Assembly (NCBI GenBank): GCA_051362555.1
Contig: CM120648.1
Coordinates: forward strand, 15,744,587-15,808,586
Origin: Lingula anatina
Taxonomy: Eukaryota; Animalia; Brachiopoda
Length of the DNA: 64,000 bases
Reading direction: 5' to 3'
How positions within the stretch are numbered: position 1 is the first letter of the stretch; the number at the start of each line of letters is the position of its first letter. Made by a program: the position numbers and the translations under genes. Below, in pieces: positions 1 to 9,700 of the stretch. Under the pieces are notes generated by a model. The model worked only from the letters and a program-made list of their open reading frames with translations, did no database searches and was not told the origin of the DNA.

Positions 1-99
1 GCTCACTCTCCAATTCCTCCGATGATGACACTGCCTCTCATTAGCCTCTCACTCTGCATGTAACTTTTAGCATCGGGAGGTGACCCCAATCATCTTAGT

Positions 100-1015
100 C
101 GTATCTCCTGGGTATCGCACAACCTTTCCGTCTTTGTAACGGTCTACAAAACAACAAAGTATTGCGCTTTGCTGCTTGAAATTCGGAAAATCTGCAGTGC
201 ATTCATCGTACGTTTTCCACCACTGCTACTTGAAACTGACATGGCCGCCTACACGAATTTAGTTTCGAATGCATGTTTACCCCCGTATTTGAACTTAGCA
301 TACAGGGTATACTTAATATCCAGGAATCAATAAATAAAAACTACAGAGGACTATTTCAGTTAATTAGTCCCTAACTAACGTTGAAATTAACTTAAACATC
401 CTTGAATGCAAATCGAAACTGTGGAAAGCAAAAATGTTTTACGATAATGTAGCCAGAAAATAGAAGAATTTGCATCGCTGTTGCAAAATTTGTAGGGAAA
501 AGGCCACGCCAGTGTTTTAATTTATGGTAGGCCCCTTGTCCATATTTTCAGTAAATATCAGTGATATTATCTAAGGTGCTCTACTAGTGGAGATATAAGG
601 CTATAGACAGGGTGGGTATCTGCGGCAGTCATCAAGTGACCTCAAATAACCTCGGTAGTTTGTAACCATAGCAACGGATTTATGATATAAATCTCGGTCG
701 TTATAAAGATTATATATCCATCTTTCAATTGTGGTATTGACCGAAGTAAGGTATTGATCACTTGATGCACATTTGTGAAGCAAACTTCAGTGAAAAATAC
801 ACCACTCACACAGCTGAAAAGTGAGACGGGAGCCACGCGAGGCAGTGAAATATGCATCTGGCTGTATCTCGACAATAACGCAACGGAAAGCTTTAATATT
901 TTACAGTTTAATTAAGGTCACAAAGGTGATTAACTGTGGGCAAAATGGGTGTATTCTGTGAGAACCCCACCTTGCCGCTTTTTGGCTGATTTGCCTGGTG
1001 GTTAGAAAAACTTGC
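100..1015. repeat. Copy 1 of a ~0.9-kb diverged dispersed duplication (copy 2 at ~5320-6197)
   Basis: Collinear shared blocks: cttgaaattcgg.aaatctgcag, tagtttcgaatgca, ggtgctctac.agtggagatataaggctata, tagtttgtaaccatagcaacgg, cactcacacagctgaaaagt, gtattctgtgagaaccc. Boundaries approximate. Confidence 0.85.
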
Positions 1016-1024
1016 ACTTAATAC

Positions 1025-2020
1025 ATCACTCACAACAACTCCATGAAGTTTGGCTGCAAAATATGTATTTTTAGGAGAAATATATAACAAATTGTGAAAA
1101 ATCGGATGAATAAAAATTATGTATAAGTGGATAGGATAATTAATTAATATTTACTTCTTTTCATTCTGAGGACAAACATTTCTATATAAATGTCATATAA
1201 AATATAGAAAACACTTGTTTGTTTACATTTTCTTCTAATCCCCATTTACTTCCAGTTCAATGCATTTTTTTCAATATGGCCGACAGTAAGTGCATTCATA
1301 TGGTTTTATAAGACATACTTTTTAAACATTTTTTTTCAGTAGGGACTTATTGCAAAAAAGTGTAATGAGGTATTTCAGAAAGCTTAATATCCAAAATTAA
1401 ACATGATAAAAATCTAGAACAATCTAAGTAGTGGTAAAAAGCTTTTAAGGCAGATTTTTCCAAGATAGCCGCTATAATAACTCGTCACTGTAGGTAAATG
1501 GTGTTGTTTAATTTAGATAGTATTTTGCTAGAAATAAATGGAGGTAAAACCTTGAAATACACACAAGGTTAAAGAAAATGACCTATTCACTGACAAAAAA
1601 CTTATCTAATAGGAATTATGCACGCAAAGACAAGATTGACCAGCTTGTACAGATTTTCACTAAAATGTTGCCTAAAATTGCAAATTATGTTTTTAAAGAT
1701 AGGCAATTGGATTTGTTTGGGTGTTAAATATAACATTATATCATTCACAACAACTTTGTCAGGTTTGGCTACAAATATGGCTCTTTAGGAGAAATATGAA
1801 TCTTAGTGTGAAAATCAGACAAATAAGGATTCTGAATAAGTGGTCAGGATAAGACTTCTTTTCATTATGGGAACAAATATTTATTTGCTTATATCATACA
1901 TATATGATATATATGGAAAACACTTTTTTGTATTATTTAGTATACCCATCTAATTACCTTTTCAAAGCATTTTCCAATATGACTGTCAGCGAGATTATTC
2001 ATAAGGCTTTATAGATTTAA
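1025..2020. repeat. Two diverged ~290-bp direct repeats (~1025-1320 and ~1741-2020)
   Basis: tca(c/t)tcacaacaact...gtttggct.caaa...tttaggagaaatat...gtgaaaa..c.ga..aataa...acttcttttcatt recurs about 715 bp apart. Confidence 0.7.
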
Positions 2021-2146
2021 AAATGCCAAACAGTGTCTTCGGTAAATATTCCACTCAAGAATGTGCCTTTACCCCCTTTCTTAATTATATTGATGGATAA
2101 GTAATGGAGGTAAAAAGTTGTACAGTCTTTTTCTAAGGCAGACTGA

Positions 2147-2766
2147 AAAGTTGCATCAATTGGACAAGCTATTATATAATCAGCTAGGCCAAATGTATTG
2201 TTGGCCTGTCCAAATAGGTTTGGGTGTCCAACTGCATAAACATTTTGGAAGCAGATTCCTAATTGCATGAATTCTGTAGCTCCTACTCCTAATAGTAAGA
2301 TATGAGAGGGAGTCCAGGGCCACACAAGGGGCAGAATACTAGAGTATTTGTTGCCACATTCACCAACATGGAAAATCCCAATACCTAGGAATCGGATCCC
2401 ATCAGAAAACCAACTTTTTGGATACTGCCCTTACCTGCTCTCCAGCCACAGCCCAAACTACTATGGAATGGTTACATGGGCAAATGGTGACTAGAGGGAA
2501 TCACCCAGCAAAAGCATCTGTTATGTTTCTTCCTCTGATAGATATGGATCTACAGAAATAACTGGCATGCATCTACTCTACATCTGCTCTACATTGAATT
2601 TAATTTATTCACGTGTTCAACAGTTCAGAGCAACCCCGAATAATTACCTTTGATCAACCACCGTGGTGGAAGGACTAGACTACTGTTGAAAGTGAACCAA
2701 AATCCAATATACTACTATGTCCAGTTGCAAGGCATGGTGGCTTTCACACAGAGATGAGCTACCTTC
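2147..2766 (+). pseudogene. Decayed fragment of a large invertebrate DNA-transposon transposase (TFDQPL/LGGFH family, probably CMC/Chapaev-related)
   Basis: Manual translation across frameshifts and stops: KVASIGQAII*SARPNVLLA / PVQIGLGVQLHKHFGSRFLI ... QMVTRGNHPAKASVMFLPLIDMD ... IITFDQPPWWKD*TTVESEPKSNILLCPVARHGGFHTEMSYL. Motifs are in the order seen in that family. Superfamily assignment is inference. Confidence 0.75.
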
Positions 2767-2828
2767 CAATGAGTGTTTTGGATTAAAATAGTGCAGTTAT
2801 TTGAATGATTTTAGTATAATATCCATTA

Positions 2829-2870
2829 TTGTAAGGCGCCTTGAGATAGAATGTAAGGCGCCATATAAGA
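2829..2870 (+). mobile_element. Probable 3' tail of an L2/CR1-type LINE or SINE
   Basis: tgtaaggcgccttgagatagaatgtaaggcgccatataa resembles the tgtaaagcgc-ttgag...aaggcgctatataa stem-loop tail of L2-type elements. Confidence 0.35.
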
Positions 2871-3674
2871 ATCTTATAACAGAAGCCACAATTGCTCGCA
2901 AAATCATTTTCTTGTGTTTGAAGTGATTCCTAGGTCATCACTGGTGAAGGCAGAGAGGTTCTAATTGACTGGTTATTTATTTATAACTAAGATTGGAATG
3001 GAATAAGACATTGAATTAAGTGTAGGGACAGGTTTGGAATACATTTAAAGTAGGAAATAATGTCGTTTACCTCAGACAAGTTTATTTTGATGCATGAATT
3101 GGACAAAAAGCACCTATAAAATAATTTTATTAAAGTGTTTATGTCCTGGCCAATCTAATACTACAACAGAAAGTGGTAAAAGATCATAAATGTACTTTTA
3201 AGCTTATTTTTTATTCATTTTTTTTTTACTTCAAATTTGGTAATTGGTATCCGCCATTTTAGTTTTGGCGGCCATGTTGTATATTGTTGAGGCTATCTAC
3301 ATTTGAATTATTTGGAGAGAAGTGAAAATTTAAACCTCTATTCTTATATTTTGGTCATTTGTTACTGAAATTTATGTAGCACCGGTCAAGATGTTAACCC
3401 TTTTTAACCGGCAAGTTTCTGTCCTTTGCTCAAGTGCTTATAAAATTACCATTGTTCAACCAGCAGTGCATTTTCTATAATGCTATGGCTTACAAAATTA
3501 ATTAAAAATAAGATTAATCTAAAATCTTTATTAATTGAGAAGAGAAAACAACAAGCAACCCACATTTTTGTATATGTTATTATTTTATAGAGAAAGTGAA
3601 TGTCCTTCAACATGTTCACAGAAACTTAAGACTACATGTAGTACAGGTAGTCTACTTATTATTTAAAATAGATT

Positions 3675-3766
3675 ACTTCTTCAACAAATAATATTAAACA
3701 CAAATGGGCATCAATCAATCACTTCTTCAACAAATAACAGTGAACACAAATGGGCATCAATCAATC
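3675..3766. repeat. Tandem repeat, 2 x 46 bp
   Basis: acttcttcaacaaataa.a.t.aacacaaatgggcatcaatcaatc occurs twice. Confidence 0.85.
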
Positions 3767-4407
3767 AATCATTCAGTCTACAACACAATCACCATTTTCA
3801 TAGGATATTTATGTATAAATAAGTGAATTACTTGAAAGTATGATATAAACTACATACAAAAAATACTTATAACCATAATCTCTATAGGTTAGCTATAGGT
3901 AGAAGTCATTTTAACTGACATTCCCATAATAGTGCTCTTGTTTCCTTAAGTGAATAAGAAACATGCAAAGTTTTGACTCATGAACTTTTTTAGATATTTT
4001 TTCAACTAAAGAAAAAGACAGAAACACTTGATTTTTATTTTACAAACACATCAAACCAACAGAACTTCAAATAATCCACTTAATTTTTTGCCCTTTAAGA
4101 GAAAAATGAAAACTGATGTGAAAAGAACTTATATCATGCCATCATGCACCCTGGATTGTTTTGCACTACCAGTACTCAAGACCAGGGCAATGCATTGCTA
4201 CAAAATATGTCATACTGATCTTTGCTTGAAAGATTAAAATATTGATATCCATTATCAGCGTTTTAGTAACATATGTTCAATTAAAGGTTGCATTCATGAA
4301 TACCTTCAATGAAATGAAACAAGACAAAAATCTCCTTTATCGAAAAGTTAACAGAAATGTATCAACTCTCAAATTCTGATGAAGATTCAATAAATTGCTG
4401 CACTTAC

Positions 4408-5451
4408 TAGGGACTCTTCTTGTTACTCCATGACTGACAAATGCTTTATCTATCAGGTCATTGGTGTCCTCCTGGCTCCAACTGTAGATAGTATACTTTT
4501 TCAAGTAGATAAATGTGAAAACAAAATACACCTTTTGGCAGTGAGCCAATCCTCCTCACACTTCCTTTTTTCAGCACCTGGATTAACCACTTTATTTTCT
4601 TTGTCATATTTCCTGTATTTCTCTGACCAGTCTTCAAACATATTCTAGCTGAAATAATAAGGACATTTCATTCTCCATTTTATTAAATGGGTTTAATCTT
4701 CAACTGACAAAACTTACCATGAACACCGTTTAAAAACAAAGCTTTATTCACATATATTTTAATTAACAAGTCAGCATGCATTAAAACTGTTATGATATCC
4801 AACTTGGGAACTAGGAAGTTATATACCTTATCTTACTACTACACATAAACCAAGGAGTTATAACTCCTTGCATAAACTAGTAAATTTTAACAAGAAGAAC
4901 ATCATAATATTCTTTTCAGTCCTCTTATATTAATTCGGTGAGCACATTAATAATTAAAGGTTTAATTATAAGTTTTATGTTAGTTTAATTTATGTAAACA
5001 TTTGTATTACCTGAGACCTCTTGACAGAAAACTTTCCCACTGTTATGATAAAAACTGGATCAACTGTTCGTGAAAGCTCCCGTTAGGTCTAAGGAAATAA
5101 CTGTTGATATGTTCTTGTGGCTACCCAAAAGACCACAGCATGTAACGATACGCTGGGCCAGATGACAGAGTCGAGTGCACTCCACATTGCTTCAGATGAT
5201 GAAACTGATCTACAACATACGTGATATGCATGACGCAGGCTATGGTCCATTTTCGGCATGTAGTGTCCTCTTATTCTAGACGTAATGCAAGCATGGAGAG
5301 GTGGCCCATACATCTTTGTCGTATCTCCTGAATGTCGCACCACTTTTTTTGCCTTTGTAAGTGTCTACTGAAAAACAACGCACAGTGCATGTGGTATTTG
5401 CTTCTTGAAATTCGGGAAATCTGCAGCCTTCCTCCTACTTGAACTGGCCAT
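4408..5451 (-). pseudogene. Decayed multi-exon coding remnant, probably a transposon accessory gene; its first exon is also present at 1-242
   Basis: ATG at 5451 gives MASSSRRKAADFPNFKKQ..VDTYKGK/KVVRHSGDTTKM; copy 1 gives ADFPNFKQQ..CCFVDRYKDGKVVRYPGDTTKM. Exons ~4644-4532 and 4481-4408 (GT-AG, 50-nt intron) give NMFEDWSEKYRKYDKENKVVNPGAEKRKCEEDWLTAK-SWSQEDTNDLIDKAFVSHGVTRRVP. Confidence 0.45.
4851..4870. mobile_element. 20-bp perfect palindrome flanked by a 7-bp direct repeat (P-element-like mini-element or footprint)
   Basis: cataaac|CAAGGAGTTATAACTCCTTG|cataaac. CA..TG termini and a 7-8 bp TSD fit the P superfamily. Confidence 0.6.
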
Positions 5452-6197
5452 TACCGGTGTCACGAACTTAGTTTCGAATGCAAGGTTAACCAGCATTTCA
5501 ACTTGGTATATAATTTCATCCGGGAATAAATTCATTGAAGATACTGGAGCTTATTTTAGTAATTTAGGCACTGATTCACGTTGAAACTGATTCAAACAGT
5601 CTTTAATGAAAATCGAAACTCCGGGGAGCGACATTTGACTGGTATGTTTTACGATGCGTCGCTGGTGCATGCTTTTCAGAAAAAAGTCCACGCCGATGTT
5701 TTAATTCATATTAGGTCCCATGCCTATATTCTCAGGAAATACCAATGATAATATATAAGGTGCTCTACCAGTGGAGATATAAGGCTATATGTAGGGTGGG
5801 TATCTGAAACAAGCATCAATTGACCCCAAATGACCTCGATAGTTTGTAACCATAGCAACGGAATTATGATAAAATTTTCTGTTGTTATAAAGATTATTTA
5901 TCAATCTTTCAAATATAGTGAAGGTCGAAGTAATGTACCGAACAAATCATGTGGATTTTGTAGAGCAAATTTGAGGGAAAATGCATCACTCACACAGCTG
6001 AAAAGTTAAGCGGACTCTCCGCGTGAGGGTTAAATATACATGGGGCTGTATCTCGGTAAAAACGCAACGCAAAGCTTTACTATTTCACACATTTAATAAA
6101 GTCATAAAGATGATTCACTGTGAGTAATATAAGTGTATTCTGTGAGAACCCAACCTTGCCACTTTCTGGCTGATTTGTCTGGTTTTTAAAAAAACTT
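5320..6197. repeat. Copy 2 of the ~0.9-kb dispersed duplication
   Basis: Collinear with 100-1015. Confidence 0.85.
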
Positions 6198-6783
6198 AAA
6201 TGTTTAAAAATAGAACGGATAAGAGCTGCGTTTGATAGCTGGCAGGTATAGCAAGGGGTATAGTTTTAGCATCAATCAGTACATGGACCCAACCCTGTGG
6301 AAATCCAGCAAAATGGGAGTTTTTTACAAGCTTAATAAAATACAGCTCCATTCATGCTTGGAAAAAGGAAAAATGTCTAAGATTTATGTATTGGAAAGAT
6401 GTGTGAGAGGTCTTGTCCATGGATTGGTTAATTATATTTATTGTTTAGATAGACACGTTCATTTGGCACCCACGCCCGTTTATCCCTTCAATTTTCTCCC
6501 CAACTACAAATATTTTTTGCCAACTGACATGCCTTTTTAGCAATACCTTAGGGCAGTGGGAAGAAAGTGACCGTAGTTTGATTTTGGCTATTACTGTTAA
6601 AAGTATATTTTGAAGCTATGTTCTAGCCTTCGGCAATTTTCGTAAAACTTGGGCATATGTGACAGGTATTGTTAATAACAGTATGAAAGGTAGCAGGATT
6701 TGGTGGCCCAGTGGTCCAGCTTTTTATGTAATGGGTGTCAGCAAATGTGTTTGAAATTTAACAGAAATATGTTTATGTTTCAG

Positions 6784-9700
6784 TGCAACACCAGGAAGCA
6801 CCATAACAACAAGGTGAATATATATATATATATACAAAGTAGTTGCATTTATTGATTTCATTTGAAATGTTGGACGTTCTTCCCAAACAGCTTGTGCAAA
6901 TTTAACTTAAAAGTGTTTAGTAAGCCAGATATACATATTCATTCACTTACATATCTTGTTTTTAAATCTTGAAATTATACAACTATTTATTTTTATTTCA
7001 GCATACCTATATCGGACAATGCCCAAGGATCATGGTAAATAAAACTTTTATTAATATACTAACCCTTCTTTTTAGGAGTTTGTTGATATCAGTGGTAGTT
7101 ACATTGAGCACGCGATAATAAGGCAAAATAGATTGCCTAAATAGTTCACCAAATGTAATGGAAGATTTTAAGGCTTAAGGCACGTCATCAGAATCAATTT
7201 AACATTATGTCATGAATCATTCTGTGAAGAACAACTCAGTTAGCTGGTGCACTTGGGCAGGATGCTACTGCATCTACAATTTCTTCCTTTTTGTAATTTA
7301 TAAAACCTGTGTTTATATTCCAGTGCTCCACCTGCAAAATGCACCATAACAACAAGGTAAATATGTATTCATAGTAGTTGCATGTATTGATTTCATTTGA
7401 AAGGTTAGGCGTCCTTAAGGGTAGTTTTTGCATATATAAGTATGTGAGCCCAACTCTGTGGAAATCTGTGAAAAGGGAATCGTTTTACAATCCTTATTTA
7501 AAACGCGTTTATGTAAGCTTAATACTTTCTTCCTATATGGAAAATGAAAAAACGATCTATGTATTTAAAAGAGGTAAAACAGGTCTTGTCCATGGGTTGG
7601 TTAAGTGTCTCTCGTGTTTTTATTATATATAGATGTGTTCACTTGGCACCCACGCCTGTTTATTCTTAAACTTTCTTCCTTTTTGTAATTTATAAAACCT
7701 GTATTTATATTCCAGTGCTCCACCTGCAAAAAGCAACATAACAACAAGGTAAATATATATTCATATTAGTTTATTGATTTCATTTGAAAGGTAAGGCGTC
7801 CTTCCCATAAGAGTTTTAAAATTAAGTGTTTAGCCAGATGTACGTATTCATTCACTAACATATTTTAAAGAATTTATGCAAAAAGTGTTTTTATTTCAGC
7901 AAACATGTATCAGACAACACCCCAGGAGTATTGTAAATAAAACTTTTATTAATATACTCCCCCTTTTTTTAAGTTTGTTGATATAGATGGTAGTTACATT
8001 AAACATGCGATAATAAGGCAAAATAGACTGCATATAAATAGTTCCCCAAATGTTATGCATCGTTTGGAAAAAATAAGGCTTAGCATGCCATCATCTGTGA
8101 ACATAAATATGCAGAATCTAACTGAAATTTTATCTTGGGTCATACAGCGAAGAACACATTACATATTCAGTTAATTGGTACACTTGAGCAGGATACTATT
8201 TTAGCTTCCGCACTTATCAAGCACTGTTTGGTCACAGCCATACGTAAGTTCTGTCAGGGAGGATCGGCACTTTTTCTGATTATATCTGAGGGCAAGATGA
8301 AATCGCAGTTGCCTCAAATGATGTTTATTGTATAAAAACTGAGCCACATTCGTTCACTTATTTTGTAACCTTCTTTCAGTGATTTCCATGTTTCGAACGC
8401 TGTGTGGGGTAAGTTCACCATCAAGACAAAATATTTGAAGCTTTTTAATGAAAACATGTGTACGTAATGATAAATAAATTAGAACAGAATGCAATTGAAA
8501 CTTCCATCTGTTATTTCAAACCTGAACTACATTCATAATATCGAAATGAATAAAGTAAAACAGTGCAATTCCTAAATAGTTTGTGCAATTGTTGCTTTTT
8601 TTCTTTTTACCAGCTATCCTTGTGCTAGAAATTATTATTTGTATTGGTGTGGGGGTGATTATATACAAATGTAAGTAGACATTATTATCCTAACCAACGT
8701 TAATACAACACTGTTTGATCCAACATATCTTAATTAATTTAATATTCCTTTATGACTAAACTATGATTCACCACTGAAGATTTATAATCCGTTTTAAAAC
8801 ACTTAACTGCTGTTACTTTTTCTTATAAGTTCATAGTGTAAGTTCATATTTTATTCATTGTAAAATATGCATCCACTTTTAGTGAGTATGCTTAACCTTA
8901 TATGCCATCATCACCACAATTGATATTATTGCTGTTTATATTTCTATTACAATGTAGGCCCAAAAAAGATATTATTTTTCATCGCCGCGCGCTTCTCTTG
9001 GACCTTGCGCACCACACTCTTTTCTTTTACAATCATTTTGTCGGAGATGGTGGGTGGGTCCCAAAGCAGTGTCAGTGCAGTGTGGCACTGGCGGTATGAA
9101 CCGATGGAAAATAACCTGTTTGTCATCGGGAAACATTTCTGAACTCATATAGTAAATGAAATTTAAATTGAAATTTAGATTTCATATTGACATCCGCACT
9201 ATCCTGGTATGGTACATATACGTCACCAGCATGTAGTTGACAAACTTGTCCGAGGCCAGGTTTTATGATACAATTATATAAATGCATGCACAGCTTTCAA
9301 AATTTACTCGTGTTGATATACATTACATGTACATATTTAGAGTATACACAGCTGCACGGATTGCTTTATTTAGTTACCAGTACAGGTTTAGCATCCTCTA
9401 CACCTTGCCGGCGTAGTAAAAACGGGGTAAATCATTCAAAACATTGGTATTACCAGGTTAGGAGCGTAAATAAGGCATTGGTATCTGAAATTCACTGTAT
9501 TCAGCTCTTTGAAATTTATCTGTCCTTCGGGGAGACCCGGCAGCTTTGAGGCGTCACTTTTGCTGAAATTTGCAGCACTAAATCCGGGACTCTCTTTTAG
9601 GCACGCACTACCGCATTTATTCAGTAAACACTGGCGCTCGGCCTCACTTTGCTATAAGTTCTTTGCGGAAAGCAAAGCATTCAAGATTGATTATACAAGC

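Noticed and set aside
2017-2325. 102-aa minus-strand ORF
   Set aside because: Antisense shadow of the plus-strand transposase fossil.
6453-6477. 25-nt candidate exon (DTFIWHPR) that could link phase 1 to phase 2
   Set aside because: Weak gtttat donor, and its duplicate at ~7633 would break the frame between stalk exons; left out of the model.
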